Shown here one piece after another: positions 49,246 through 60,134 of a DNA stretch of 64,000 bases. Within the stretch, counting starts at the first letter, position 1; each line of letters opens with the position of its first letter. The stretch covers positions 1 through 64,000 of the forward strand of contig JABLTJ010000017.1 of the NCBI GenBank assembly GCA_013166775.1, in the 5' to 3' direction. The stretch comes from Promethearchaeati archaeon. Its GTDB lineage: Archaea > Asgardarchaeota > Heimdallarchaeia > Heimdallarchaeales > Heimdallarchaeaceae. Below the pieces are notes generated by a model. The model was not told where the DNA came from. It did no database searches and worked only from the letters and a program-made list of their open reading frames with translations. The translations under genes and the position numbers were made by a program.

Positions 49246-49659
49246 CTATTCAATTGGAATTTCATCATCTTCAATTTGTACATAAGACAGAATATCTGCT
49301 ATTTGTGGTGCATGATTTGAAAGAACAGCAATCGCGTTTTTAAATTCCTCAATATCACTAGTTCCTCCAACAAGATGGAAATCTCCAATTGATTTTAGAA
49401 TAAGAAAACCATTCTTTCCTCGAACCATTACATCGTTAATAGGTGAGAAATTTAATCTCTCTAAAGCCAGTCTAGCTGCCGCAACAAGTGCTGCACCTAT
49501 TGCTGATAATTCAGTAGAATTGGCCTTCTTGTCACCTGCATAAAAAGCTATTCTATCTCCTGTGGCAGTTAAAACCGCGAGAGCTTCAAGTTTAGCTTCT
49601 TGTGTAATGTCTTTTAATTCTTTAGCTAATGCATACGCTATTTTTCTTTCAAGTCTCAT
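49246..49659 (-). CDS. Roadblock/LC7-domain protein
   Basis: AVLTATG..IA, ELSAIGAAL, VMVRGKNG pattern. Confidence 0.75.
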   Translation of the reverse strand: MRLERKIAYALAKELKDITQEAKLEALAVLTATGDRIAFYAGDKKANSTELSAIGAALVAAARLALERLNFSPINDVMVRGKNGFLILKSIGDFHLVGGTSDIEEFKNAIAVLSNHAPQIADILSYVQIEDDEIPIE

Positions 49660-49848
49660 GATTCTCTAAAAATTTAAGACTTTATTATCTTAATTAATGT
49701 TACTATAATTTTCTTAAATAGTATAATTGAAAGATAAATATAAGCTGTTTTTTATCTATGCATAAGTAATATTTTTAAACGCATTTCATTTATCAACATC
49801 AAAAGAAGAATACTCAATTTAGCGATTCGAGTATAAAGGTGAACATTT

Positions 49849-52116
49849 GTGTCTAGTGAAACAGGTATATCAGGACTTTTAAGCCGATTCTGGAGAAAAA
49901 TAGTCGATCATTTTGAAGATTATGAAATTAAAAGAGAAACAATACTAAGCGCAATAGCCATGTTTATTATTCTAGCAATAGGAGTGATTGTAAGAATTTT
50001 TCCAATTATGAAAGGTTACGACCCTCTCATAAAAGCGTTTGATCCATATGTACAATTAGTAAGCTCAGAATATATTGCAGGAAATGGTTTATCGGCATTT
50101 ATTCACTGGTTTAAATCAAACTCTTGGTATCCTTATGGTTTTAATGCTGGAAGTGAACTTTATTGGGGTGTTCCACTTAGCGCAGTGGCTATTCAAGGAA
50201 TCTTGAATATCTTTTCAATCAATGTTTCAATTCAACAAGTTGCTTACTTCAGTCCCGTAATTTTTGGTTTTATTACAATTATTGCCTCATATTACTTGGG
50301 GAAAGAAGCAGTAAGTCCCAGAACGGGATTGTTTACGGCTTTCTTTATGTCAATCTCTCCTGCATATCTCTCAAGAAGCAATGCAGGATTTTTTGATAAT
50401 GAATCAGTAGGTATTCTTTTTATGGTATTAACTCTGTTCTTCTTTATACGTGCAGTTAAACGAGGTGGTACTTTAGCTTCATTTGGATCAGGAATTAGTT
50501 TAGGATTACTGATTGGAAGTTGGGGGGCTTATAGATATGTTCTAGATCTTTTACCTATAATCGTGCTAGTACTGGTTCTAACTCGCAAACTAACTTACAA
50601 ACTAATCAAAACATATACAATCACCATTATAACCTCTTTAACTATAGGTTTCTTAATACCAAGAGTCATGAGAAACCAATTTTTCAATATAGAAAACATG
50701 ATACCTGTTTTGATGATAGCATTTTTAGTTTTTATTGCATTTATACAAAACCTGTCTCGTAGTTTAAGCGAAAGGACATTTAAACAAGCGATTATAGTAG
50801 GTGCAATTTCGATTTTTGTATTATTGGTCGTTTTCATCACAATTTTCCTATCCTTAGGAGTATTTACTAACATAGCGGAAAAATTCTGGTCAGTTATTCT
50901 GCCTGGTGAAAGACTCAATATTCCGATTATTTCTTCAGTAAGTGAGCATCAACCTATGACTTGGGCTGAATTATTTCAACACATGCACATAATGACTTTC
51001 CTTATGCCACTCGGGTTGTATTATTGTTTGAAAAAACCAACTGATATTAACATCATCATACTAATTTTAGGAGTTACTACAATATACTTCTCTGGTTCTA
51101 TGGTCAGGTTGATTCTATTATTGGCACCAGCTGCTGCACTTCTGAGTGCTATGGCGATTGATAAGCTTCTCTATACATATTCTCTAAGTGCTCATGGAAA
51201 AATGGCATTAACGAAACGAAAGATACGAATAACGAAATCAATTGGAAGAGATGAGGCAATAATTGCTTATCTCGTAATCTTTGGTTTGTTAGTAACTTTC
51301 TCACTTCATAGTGTAAATTTAGGAGAGCAATTCGCTAACTCTGAAATGGCACCAGTGTTCTTTGGAACAGGTGTTCCAGCAACTGATTGGCAAGAAACCC
51401 TTCTATGGTTGAGAACTAATGCGCAAGGGGATGGGATCGTACCAAACAGTCCTGCTGTTGTGATGAGCTGGTGGGATTACGGTTATTGGATTTCGAACTA
51501 TGGAAATGCAACGTCTCTCGTTGATAATGCTACCACAAATAAAACGCAAATAGGAACCGTTGGTACAATGCTTATGTGGAATTTCACTGAATCAGTGAGA
51601 TTAATGTACAAATACAATGTCAAATACGTGCTAATCAATTCACAAGCTGGAATTCCAGGCCTTGGTTCAGATTTAAGCAAAGCTATTTGGTGTATCAGAA
51701 TAGCAGGAGCAACTGTACCACAATACGGTGTCAATGAAGATGCATACTTCGGGTTAACAGAAGATCTGCGAGGATCTGAGTTTAAGGATAGATACTATGA
51801 CTCTGTACTCTATAGATTAGCTGCTTACGATCAGGATTCTGGATTTGGTTGGGATTCATCTTTCAGCGGAACCCCCTCTAGTGATAATCCTGGTTTATTA
51901 ACCAAGGCTAGTCAATACCCAGTTTATGATCTAACAGGTGATGATGGTTTTACTTACTTTAAAGAAGTATTTCGAAGCTATGGTTTTACTCAATCAGCTC
52001 CAAACGCACGATTATTCCCATTAATTCGAATTTTTGAAGTCATCTATCCTGAAAATATTGCTCAAGCATCTGCAGAATTATTTAGTAGATATCCGATAGA
52101 AAATGATTCAGAGTAA
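49849..52116 (+). CDS. aglB: Oligosaccharyltransferase STT3/AglB
   Basis: Motifs FDP, DNE, SVSEH, WWDYG, DNAT. Confidence 0.95.
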   Translation: MSSETGISGLLSRFWRKIVDHFEDYEIKRETILSAIAMFIILAIGVIVRIFPIMKGYDPLIKAFDPYVQLVSSEYIAGNGLSAFIHWFKSNSWYPYGFNAGSELYWGVPLSAVAIQGILNIFSINVSIQQVAYFSPVIFGFITIIASYYLGKEAVSPRTGLFTAFFMSISPAYLSRSNAGFFDNESVGILFMVLTLFFFIRAVKRGGTLASFGSGISLGLLIGSWGAYRYVLDLLPIIVLVLVLTRKLTYKLIKTYTITIITSLTIGFLIPRVMRNQFFNIENMIPVLMIAFLVFIAFIQNLSRSLSERTFKQAIIVGAISIFVLLVVFITIFLSLGVFTNIAEKFWSVILPGERLNIPIISSVSEHQPMTWAELFQHMHIMTFLMPLGLYYCLKKPTDINIIILILGVTTIYFSGSMVRLILLLAPAAALLSAMAIDKLLYTYSLSAHGKMALTKRKIRITKSIGRDEAIIAYLVIFGLLVTFSLHSVNLGEQFANSEMAPVFFGTGVPATDWQETLLWLRTNAQGDGIVPNSPAVVMSWWDYGYWISNYGNATSLVDNATTNKTQIGTVGTMLMWNFTESVRLMYKYNVKYVLINSQAGIPGLGSDLSKAIWCIRIAGATVPQYGVNEDAYFGLTEDLRGSEFKDRYYDSVLYRLAAYDQDSGFGWDSSFSGTPSSDNPGLLTKASQYPVYDLTGDDGFTYFKEVFRSYGFTQSAPNARLFPLIRIFEVIYPENIAQASAELFSRYPIENDSE

Positions 52117-52347
52117 TTCTGAATCTGTTATTTTTTATTTATTTTTTTAGATAAAAAAGTGGGAATATATGTCTTATTTATTGAAGTTATCAAGAAAATC
52201 AAAACAACACTAAAGGTTCCCACTTTGAGAAATAGAGGTTTGTTAATTAAAGTCAACCAAACCAAAATGCTTTTAAAAATTGAACAAGGGGAATTATTAA
52301 AATACAACCAAAACATTAGTGTTTCTAACAAAAAAGGTGTATAAAAG

Positions 52348-53631
52348 ATGAGTTCCAAAGAAAAACCTCATTTAAATTTAGTAATCATTGGTCACGTTGA
52401 CCACGGTAAGTCTACAATGACTGGACATTTACTCTATCTTTGTGGTAGTGTGTCCGATCGTGATTTGCAGAAATTTGAAAAAGAAGCAGAATTAATCGGT
52501 AGAGGTAGTTTCAAATTTGCTTGGGTTCTAGATAAATTGAAAGAAGAGCGAGAAAGAGGAGTAACAATCGATCTTGCATTCTATAAATTTGAAACCAAGA
52601 AGTATTATTATACTATTATTGACGCTCCTGGTCACCGAGATTTCGTTAAGAACATGATTACAGGTACTTCACAAGCTGATGCCGCAATTTTAGTTGTAAG
52701 TGCAGGAACTGGTGAATTTGAAGCTGGAGTTAGTTCTACAGGACAAACAAGAGAACATGCTTTACTAGCAAAAACTCTTGGAGTTGATCAAGTATTAGTG
52801 GCAGTAAATAAGATGGATCTAGCAGATTACAAGCAAGAACGTTTTGAAGAAATTAAAAACGAAATGGAAAGAAATCTTAAACTATTCGGGTTTGATATGA
52901 AAAAAGTAGAATTCGTTCCAGCTAGTGGAATGAAAGGAGACAATCTTGATAAAAAACCTGATTCTATGCCTTGGTATACTGGCCCAACCCTTCTTGATGC
53001 TCTAGATCAATTTGAAATACCACCCAAACCTATGGATAAACCACTTCGACTTCCAATTCAAGATGTATATACAATTACAGGTATTGGTACAGTTCCAGTA
53101 GGTCGTGTTGAAACCGGAGTTTTAAAGCCTAAAGAGGAAGTAATTTTCCAACCCACTGGGAAGAAAGCCGCTGTTGTGTCCATTGAAATGCATCACGAAA
53201 ATATTGCTGAAGCTATTCCTGGAGATAATATTGGTTTCAATTGTAAAGGGTTATCCAAAAAAGATGTTCGCCGCGGTGATGTTGTTGGTCATGCTACAAA
53301 ACCACCAACTATCGCAAAAGAATTTACTGCAACCGTGCAAATAATCAGACATCCTTCTGCAGTAGCAGCTGGTTATACTCCTGTTATTCATTGTGGAACT
53401 GCTCAAGTAGCAACAAGATTTGCTGAACTGAAATCCAAAACAACTAAAGGAGAAACAACTGCTAAGCCAGATTTCCTCAAGAACGGGGATGGTGCAGAAG
53501 TACTCATGATTCCTACACGTGACATGGTTATTGAACAGTATGCTGATTTCCCACAACTCGGACGTTTTGCAGTCAGAGATATGGGACAAACGGTAGCTGT
53601 AGGTATCGTTAAGAAAGTAACTCCAAAATAA
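52348..53631 (+). CDS. tuf: Elongation factor 1-alpha
   Basis: Motifs [30 protein letters not shown]. Confidence 0.98.
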   Translation: MSSKEKPHLNLVIIGHVDHGKSTMTGHLLYLCGSVSDRDLQKFEKEAELIGRGSFKFAWVLDKLKEERERGVTIDLAFYKFETKKYYYTIIDAPGHRDFVKNMITGTSQADAAILVVSAGTGEFEAGVSSTGQTREHALLAKTLGVDQVLVAVNKMDLADYKQERFEEIKNEMERNLKLFGFDMKKVEFVPASGMKGDNLDKKPDSMPWYTGPTLLDALDQFEIPPKPMDKPLRLPIQDVYTITGIGTVPVGRVETGVLKPKEEVIFQPTGKKAAVVSIEMHHENIAEAIPGDNIGFNCKGLSKKDVRRGDVVGHATKPPTIAKEFTATVQIIRHPSAVAAGYTPVIHCGTAQVATRFAELKSKTTKGETTAKPDFLKNGDGAEVLMIPTRDMVIEQYADFPQLGRFAVRDMGQTVAVGIVKKVTPK

Positions 53632-53689
53632 TCTTTCTTTTTTTTCTTTTATTTTTTCTGAAATTTTATTCAAACATTCGTTTCTATTT

Positions 53690-54610
53690 CTAGTTTGAAG
53701 GAACAATATTATCTGTTATTTCCGCAGGTACAAAAGCTTGAATGTCTGTGTATTTCTGACCAGTTCCAATGAATAAAATTGGTCGCTGACTCATGTGAGT
53801 TATGGAAACAGCAGCTCCACCTTTAACATCTGCATCCATTTTATTGAGAATTGAAGCGTTTATTCCTACTTTCTCATTAAACAACAAAACTTGTGATATT
53901 AACGAATTTCCGGTTAATGCATCACCTACGAATACATTGAGATCTGGTTCTGCAATTTTACATATTTTTTGAAGTTCATTCATAAGATTTGAATTTGTTT
54001 CGATTCTTCCTGCGGTATCTATTAAAACCACATCAATGTTCTTTGTAACTGCGTGATTAATAGCGTCAAAAGTTACAGCCGCAGCATCTGAACCATAGGT
54101 TTGTGCTATGACACGAATTCCTAGATTCTCACCATGTTTTTGAAGTTGATGAATACTTCCTGCTCTATATGTATCGGCAGCTGCGAAAACGCATGAATAA
54201 CCTCTATCTAGTAAATATTTACCAATTTTAGCAATTGAAAGTGTTTTTCCTACCCCATTTACTCCAAAGAACGCTATAATAAAAGGATCCTTTTTCTTCT
54301 TCGCATCTTCTAACATCTGGTTAAAATTAATTTCTTGGGGGGGTTCTAATATTTCCAACATAACCTCTCTTAGGGTTGCAAATACTAGTGATTTTGTATT
54401 GGAAAAACGAGTATGTTCTGTTTTCAGTAATTTTTCTTCTAGTTTATTACAGACAGCATCTGCTGTTTTTACAGCTACTTCATTTTGAATTAATATATCT
54501 TTAAGCTGAATACTAACGTTATGAATTGATTTAGGAGAAAATTCTGTGATAGTAATTTTCTTAACAAGTTTCGAGACGCTTTTACGTAATTGATCAAAAA
54601 TTGGTTTCAC
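53690..54610 (-). CDS. ftsY: SRP receptor FtsY
   Basis: Motifs GVNGVGKT, DTYRAG, DTAGR, KGG. Confidence 0.95.
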   Translation of the reverse strand: MKPIFDQLRKSVSKLVKKITITEFSPKSIHNVSIQLKDILIQNEVAVKTADAVCNKLEEKLLKTEHTRFSNTKSLVFATLREVMLEILEPPQEINFNQMLEDAKKKKDPFIIAFFGVNGVGKTLSIAKIGKYLLDRGYSCVFAAADTYRAGSIHQLQKHGENLGIRVIAQTYGSDAAAVTFDAINHAVTKNIDVVLIDTAGRIETNSNLMNELQKICKIAEPDLNVFVGDALTGNSLISQVLLFNEKVGINASILNKMDADVKGGAAVSITHMSQRPILFIGTGQKYTDIQAFVPAEITDNIVPSN

Positions 54611-54621
54611 GTCCCCTAGTA

Positions 54622-55059
54622 TTACATAACCGTTTTAACTACTCTATCTATCTCTCTTAACCTTTCTATTACTTCATTGTAGCTAGACTTTATTTGAGTA
54701 AGTTGATTTTCCACTTCAGTCTTCTTTTTCTTAATAACTTCAATCGCATCAGGAAGAGATTTTTCATTATGAATCCCTGCACCAATTGTTACAATTACAT
54801 TCTTTGTATCTTTAACTGATGCATAGATGAAATTACCTGCTCCAATTGGAACAAGAACGTTTTGATTTTCTTCTGATTTTTCTATCTCTGATAGAGTCTG
54901 TTCTGCACTATGGATTTCATTATAATAACCATTTAAAATCTCTATTTGTTGGTTGTACCTTGATGCCTGTTGTTCCAATTGCTGAGCAACTTGTAGCAAA
55001 TTGTTTAGTTCATCTTGAGAAATCTTTTGAGAAGTATTGTCTTTTGTCAACACAATCAC
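54622..55059 (-). CDS. pfdA: Prefoldin alpha subunit
   Basis: LVPIGAG and VTIGAG hairpins; conserved gene order. Confidence 0.92.
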   Translation of the reverse strand: MIVLTKDNTSQKISQDELNNLLQVAQQLEQQASRYNQQIEILNGYYNEIHSAEQTLSEIEKSEENQNVLVPIGAGNFIYASVKDTKNVIVTIGAGIHNEKSLPDAIEVIKKKKTEVENQLTQIKSSYNEVIERLREIDRVVKTVM

Positions 55060-55325
55060 TTTCTTTTAGGTATGGCTAGATTATCTTCAATAGTAAAGGT
55101 TTTGATGACAACGTCCGTTATTTCTTCGGGATCGGTTATTTCTTTAATGTCCTTTGGATTAATGAATATAACATTCCTTTTCACTCTGTGTTTACTCCCA
55201 ATTACTGAATAAACTTGCTCTAAAGCATCTTCTATGTTAAGTGCCCTAACATATTTTCCAAAAGAAATTTTTCTTTTTCTCTTCTTAAATTCTCCACGAA
55301 TATAATAGGTTTTTACAGAACTCAT
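55056..55325 (-). CDS. rpl18a: 50S ribosomal protein eL20 (L18a/LX)
   Basis: YSVIGSKHRVKR; synteny. Confidence 0.92.
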   Translation of the reverse strand: MSSVKTYYIRGEFKKRKRKISFGKYVRALNIEDALEQVYSVIGSKHRVKRNVIFINPKDIKEITDPEEITDVVIKTFTIEDNLAIPKRK

Positions 55326-55394
55326 TTGTTTTCACCGAGTATTAACATTTTGCAGATTGCAAAAGGCTTTTTCAATTTTTTGAATCCATAGTCT

Positions 55395-56078
55395 TTATGG
55401 TGCTAATAAAACCTCGAAGACTCTCATGCTTTCAGGACCTGTACTGTCGGTTCCCAAAACAGCTCCCTTTGAATTAGCTAGTATACCCACTCTTGGATAT
55501 GGAATTCCACGGTTAATAGTACATACATCAGTTCTCACGCGTAAAATCGAGGATATTTCACCTATTTCTTCTTCAGAAAGAAGAGGGTGAACTAATGCAC
55601 CTCGATTAGTGCACATCGCTATGCTACCAACAAGCGGGGATTCAAGTAAACTTCCAACAGTCACATTAACATCTAAAGCATCTTTAATTTGATTTTGTGC
55701 TTTTTTCTCAAAAACATCACTAATTATAGCACCTTTATCATTCATCACCATCAGGTTTGCGAGCGCAGTGAATTTGCTATCTATTTCAACTATTTCCACA
55801 TTATTTTCAAATGATTCCTTAATATTTCTAATTTCTTTGTCTCCTACATTAGACGGTACAAATAGAACATTTGAGTTTCCAGCAATTAAAGTACCAACTA
55901 AAACTGAATTAGCAATGGTGGTTTGACTAATGTTAATGTTTAAAGTCTCTGAAATTATCTCTTGGGAACTATCTTTGATTCCAAAAGGAACAACCGCATA
56001 CTTCTCTGTTGCAAGAGCAAAAATGCCTAAACTAGAGTTGCCTAAAATAATAGTTTTGGAAATATCCAGATTGATCAC
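55395..56078 (-). CDS. eif6: Translation initiation factor 6
   Basis: TNRGALVHP, TINRG, ANSKGAVLG. Confidence 0.95.
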   Translation of the reverse strand: MINLDISKTIILGNSSLGIFALATEKYAVVPFGIKDSSQEIISETLNINISQTTIANSVLVGTLIAGNSNVLFVPSNVGDKEIRNIKESFENNVEIVEIDSKFTALANLMVMNDKGAIISDVFEKKAQNQIKDALDVNVTVGSLLESPLVGSIAMCTNRGALVHPLLSEEEIGEISSILRVRTDVCTINRGIPYPRVGILANSKGAVLGTDSTGPESMRVFEVLLAP

Positions 56079-56098
56079 CTTCTAAAAATAGGAGGAAA

Positions 56099-56554
56099 TT
56101 AGTTTTCCTCTTCTGCTTCTTCTTGACTTTTTTCGATTTCTTGAGTATCTTCAGTTACTTCTTGAATCTCCTCTTCAGGAGAGACATCATCGTCCTCTTC
56201 TTCCTCTTCTTCATCCTCTTCTTCTAATTCTCCTGGGATTGCAAGACCTTCTAATTCAGGACGAATTGATATATCGACTTTCTCATGAATAAGTTCAACT
56301 GTAGCAATCTTTTCTTCTTCAATAGTTTCAACAATTGCACGAACCTTTACTTTCCTTGGAGGTTTTTGAATACCTCTTTTCCATATAAATTCATTTAATT
56401 CATTAGTAATAATAACGAAATCAGCTTTTGTGTGCTTAACTATGAACTCCTTCAGCATTCGTATTGCTCTAGGGGTTCTTCTATACGGTGCGGTTTTGTT
56501 TAACTTGGGGTAAAATGGGATGGTATAAATATTTTCAATAGCTTCTTGAGACAT
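56099..56554 (-). CDS. rpl31e: 50S ribosomal protein eL31 with acidic tail
   Basis: RTPRAI...NEFIWKRGIQKPP. Confidence 0.95.
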   Translation of the reverse strand: MSQEAIENIYTIPFYPKLNKTAPYRRTPRAIRMLKEFIVKHTKADFVIITNELNEFIWKRGIQKPPRKVKVRAIVETIEEEKIATVELIHEKVDISIRPELEGLAIPGELEEEDEEEEEEDDDVSPEEEIQEVTEDTQEIEKSQEEAEEEN

Positions 56555-56567
56555 CTCTTTTCATCTC

Positions 56568-56723
56568 CTACCTTTTAATACGGGTTTTTCTCCATTGCCT
56601 TCTTTTAGGGTGATTCCTAAATTTGCGATTAGTTCTAATAACGCACCAACTAGGAACGGGACTATTTCTTTTAAGCATTTTTCCATATCTGATTTTTTGT
56701 GAAAGACTTCTATATCTTGCCAT
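56568..56723 (-). CDS. rpl39e: 50S ribosomal protein eL39 (absent from the ORF track)
   Basis: Translated by hand: MARYRSLSQKIRYGKMLKRNSPVPSWCVIRTNRKFRNHPKRRQWRKTRIKR; synteny. Confidence 0.95.
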   Translation of the reverse strand: MARYRSLSQKIRYGKMLKRNSPVPSWCVIRTNRKFRNHPKRRQWRKTRIKR

Positions 56724-57067
56724 TATAATCTCCTCACATCTACTTTTGTATCTCTTTTCTGCCCTTGGATCTTACGTAGAATATCCTTGAGTTGGTTATC
56801 ATTTAGCTTCTCTTTTATTGAACCTTGTTGTGCTAACTGAATTAATCGTAATTCAACAGCTTCTGCTAGTTGAGGTCTTACTAGTTTAACATTAGCGAGT
56901 CTTTGCCTGGCTTCTTCATTAAGTATTTGGCTAAGGATTGCCTGTTTTTGAGCTTCAAGCGCAGCTTTTTGTTCTTCTTGAGCTCTTGCTGTTTCTTGAT
57001 TTTGTATTTGGGCAAGTTTTCTCTGCCTGATCGCTTCTAATTCTTCATCCTCATACATAATTTTCAA
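56723..57067 (-). CDS. PDCD5-like DNA-binding protein
   Basis: DEELEAIRQRKL...EARQRLANVKLVRP; synteny. Confidence 0.92.
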   Translation of the reverse strand: MKIMYEDEELEAIRQRKLAQIQNQETARAQEEQKAALEAQKQAILSQILNEEARQRLANVKLVRPQLAEAVELRLIQLAQQGSIKEKLNDNQLKDILRKIQGQKRDTKVDVRRL

Positions 57068-57127
57068 CCTTGCTCTTGATGAAACGCTTAAACGGTCATT
57101 CGTTTTTAAACAACTACCTTAATCCTG

Positions 57128-57601
57128 TTAATAACTTTCTAATTCAGGAATTAGACGTTTTATTTCAGCAGCTAATTTATCTATGAATGAATGTCCCTTT
57201 GGTGACAATACACGACCTATTATAACACGACCTTTAGCTCCGTGTCCTTCTTTTTTCTGAATATAGTCTGATTTTTCTAATTGCTGTAGTATTTTTCTTA
57301 TTACTGCACCACTACCTTTTGCAAAGTGTTCAGGTTTCACTCCTCGACGACGTCGACCTCCGTAAGCAATGCGAAGTTTGGAAACACCTATTGGGCCATA
57401 GAAGTAAATCTTTCTTAGAATAGAAGCAGCTCTTATATACCACCAATCTTCCTGATCTGGGGAACTTTCTTTATGAACCCCTGTTTTGGCATAAACTGCC
57501 CATTCTGGAGGTTTGATTTCAGTTTCTTTTTTTAATTCTTCAGCAATTTTGTTTATTAGTAAATCAGCTGGAACATCATAAGCAGTTGGCATAATTCTCA
57601 C
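57128..57601 (-). CDS. rps19e: 30S ribosomal protein eS19
   Basis: KTGVHKE...WWYIRAASILRK. Confidence 0.96.
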   Translation of the reverse strand: MRIMPTAYDVPADLLINKIAEELKKETEIKPPEWAVYAKTGVHKESSPDQEDWWYIRAASILRKIYFYGPIGVSKLRIAYGGRRRRGVKPEHFAKGSGAVIRKILQQLEKSDYIQKKEGHGAKGRVIIGRVLSPKGHSFIDKLAAEIKRLIPELESY

Positions 57602-57730
57602 TTTTTTAACGTTTTATTAGAGAGAGCTTAATTGTATTTTTTCAGTGTCTCGAGAACAATCCATGTTTAAAAAGATTACTTTGCTAGATATGAACAAAAA
57701 CAGATATAATATACAATAAGATAAGGTAAA

Positions 57731-58267
57731 ATGAAAATGCCATTCACACCTTTTCATTTGGGTTTTGGAGTTTTTGTTTTTTCGGTATTAATATTTTTAG
57801 ATCCAATTGCCTTGCTGCTGGGAACAATTTTAATCGATATTGAAGCATTCATGCGATTAATATTAAATATAAATCCATTACACGGAATTTTACATAGCAT
57901 GTTGGGTGTAATAGTTTTCTTCATACCTACAGTCCTAATGAGCTGGGGATGTTACAAGATTTTTAAACTAGAAAAATACTTGCGGAAATTTAACTGGGGA
58001 ATATCAATTGTATCAAGTTTGATAGGATTATTTTCACACGTTTTTTTTGACAGCATAATATATCCAGAGGTTATGATGTTTTATCCCTTCTCGAATAAAT
58101 CTGGTATACTCCTTGGTGCTATATCAGAGCGAATGGATTACTATTTGCTTGTAATATTGTTTAGTGCAGGAACCATAATTCTTGGAATAAGATTCGTGGT
58201 AAAGAGATACAGAAACAGAAAAGAAAAAGGGAATCAATTAGTAGATCAGAGCACACAAAAAAACTAA
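57731..58267 (+). CDS. Membrane protein, DUF4184/metal-dependent hydrolase-like
   Basis: Motifs MPFTPFH, HGILHS, SHVFFD. Confidence 0.7.
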   Translation: MKMPFTPFHLGFGVFVFSVLIFLDPIALLLGTILIDIEAFMRLILNINPLHGILHSMLGVIVFFIPTVLMSWGCYKIFKLEKYLRKFNWGISIVSSLIGLFSHVFFDSIIYPEVMMFYPFSNKSGILLGAISERMDYYLLVILFSAGTIILGIRFVVKRYRNRKEKGNQLVDQSTQKN

Positions 58268-58312
58268 AAAACAGTTAATATTAAAAGTTAAACAATCATA
58301 TAAAATTAGAGG

Positions 58313-58525
58313 ATGTTGAAACGCTTGGATACAACAAATGCAAATATCAAAAAGAGTTGGAAGAGGATTTTTCGATCGGTAGATGATATTTTTATCATTC
58401 TAGGTATTCTACTCAACGCCTTCAGTCTAATTTTTAGTTTTGTGTATGGTCATTTAATCGCAGGCATTATACTTTTAGTATGTGAAATAATATTAATTGG
58501 AATATATATAATGAAGATGATTTAA
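58313..58525 (+). CDS. Small protein with two transmembrane segments
   Basis: GAGG RBS; hydrophobic C-terminal half. Confidence 0.5.
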   Translation: MLKRLDTTNANIKKSWKRIFRSVDDIFIILGILLNAFSLIFSFVYGHLIAGIILLVCEIILIGIYIMKMI

Positions 58526-58532
58526 AATAAAA

Positions 58533-59237
58533 CTAGTCTTCCTCTTGATCAGATGAGAATCTCTCTATAATATATTGACTAAGAAGTTCAAACGCCTTTT
58601 CAATATTCAAACCTGTTTTTGCTGATGTCTCAAGAAAGAAATTCTCTATTGAATGCTCTTTGGTTTTTTCATTCAATTTTGCAACAAATTCCTTTACCTC
58701 TTTAATCGTTACCTCTCTCTCGTCTTTTAAATCAGTTTTATTTGCTAAGATAATAACAGGAACAACTCCTCTACCACTATATAGATATAATTCCTCTATC
58801 CAGCTTGTTAAATCCTTAAATGTCTCCTTACGAGTAATATCAAAAATAGCTAAAGAACCAAAACATCCTTTGTAAAATCTTGGACGAACGTTTTTGAACA
58901 TAGGTTGCCCCGCAAGGTCCCAAATTTGATACTTTACACTATATTCATCAATATTGCGAGTAGTTGCAGCAAAATCAGCTCCCAAAGTTGCTAAATGTTC
59001 TCGTTGAAAGCCTTTCCCTAGATATCTTTGACGAATAGAAGTTTTCCCCACTGCAGCGTCACCAATCAAAACAAGTTTGACCATATAGGAACTAGTTTTA
59101 AGAGAAATCGATTCTTTGTCGTCTTCGGTTGATGAATCATCCTTCATCTTATGGTGTTTATCTATATTTTCTTCAAAAAGGACAGGCCCCTCTGTATCCT
59201 TTTTAGTTTTACTTTGAGGTTGCTTCTTCTTAGCCAT
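58533..59237 (-). CDS. Rab-like small GTPase with charged N-terminal extension
   Basis: Motifs GDAAVGKTS, WDLAGQ, NKTD, ETSAK. Confidence 0.93.
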   Translation of the reverse strand: MAKKKQPQSKTKKDTEGPVLFEENIDKHHKMKDDSSTEDDKESISLKTSSYMVKLVLIGDAAVGKTSIRQRYLGKGFQREHLATLGADFAATTRNIDEYSVKYQIWDLAGQPMFKNVRPRFYKGCFGSLAIFDITRKETFKDLTSWIEELYLYSGRGVVPVIILANKTDLKDEREVTIKEVKEFVAKLNEKTKEHSIENFFLETSAKTGLNIEKAFELLSQYIIERFSSDQEED

Positions 59238-59305
59238 TTTATCTATTTTAATATTTTAACTTTGAATATATAAAATATATGGAGATTTATTAACAAAATA
59301 GAACT

Positions 59306-60028
59306 TTAATCCATTATTGGAGGTATTTTGTGTATGATAAGGTATTTCTTAGCTAGCTTACCAAGCTCTTCTGCTTCTGGAATAGACATGTGGTAAGTAG
59401 ATCCCTTATCTTTGTTTGTGCCTTCAATAAGTGCAAAATCAATATTCTTGATGTATGTAGTAAGCTTTTCAAAAAATCCTGTATCACCAGTATAAAGAAC
59501 CTTTTCGTCTTCCTTCGCAAGAATGAAACCCAAAGTAGGTATGTCAGGCAATTCTCCTCCTCCAATAATGGAACCACGATGTTGAACTGCAAATGGAATG
59601 ACTGTTACTGAATCTAATTTAATTTCTGAAACAATCTCAACAATATCCAACGGAAAAGGAATTGAATCCTTGTAGCTATCACGAAAAGTCTTAACAATTC
59701 CTTGGAATTCAACAACATTCTTAGGACAAATCAAGGTTAGTTTTTCCTTTCTATTTATCATTCTGAAAAAGGCAAGTAGAGAAAATAATCCACCCACATG
59801 ATCAAAATGACCATGAGTGATAAGCACCGTTTGGATATTTTCGAAATATTTGCGAGGCAAGGTTAAAAAATCGCGTAGGATGCCATCACCCACATCAATA
59901 AGATGATTATTGTCAGATTCAATCTCATTGATAAGAATTTGTGTAGCTAAACCTGCATAGGAACAAAGAACTTTAACACGAAGATGATTACCAATCCAAT
60001 CCCAAGGAATAGAAGTCATAAAGGTCAA
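59306..60028 (-). CDS. Metallo-beta-lactamase fold hydrolase (RNase Z-like)
   Basis: Motifs THGHFDH, YTGDT, IEGT, HMS. Confidence 0.85.
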   Translation of the reverse strand: MTFMTSIPWDWIGNHLRVKVLCSYAGLATQILINEIESDNNHLIDVGDGILRDFLTLPRKYFENIQTVLITHGHFDHVGGLFSLLAFFRMINRKEKLTLICPKNVVEFQGIVKTFRDSYKDSIPFPLDIVEIVSEIKLDSVTVIPFAVQHRGSIIGGGELPDIPTLGFILAKEDEKVLYTGDTGFFEKLTTYIKNIDFALIEGTNKDKGSTYHMSIPEAEELGKLAKKYLIIHKIPPIMD

Positions 60029-60134
60029 AAAAAGGGAAAGAAGAGTAAAATAAATACTTTGTCCAGAAGAAAAGAAGAAGAGAAAGAACCAATCCCTTAA
60101 ATCTTAACTATTTGCTAATCATAATACAGCTGTT

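Noticed and set aside
53251-53706. Antisense or overlapping short ORFs in the track (e.g. 53251..53706, 12735..12992, 21429..21716, 50595..50918, 52159..52344)
   Set aside because: They are shadow ORFs of well-supported genes or intergenic ORFs with no motif or RBS support.
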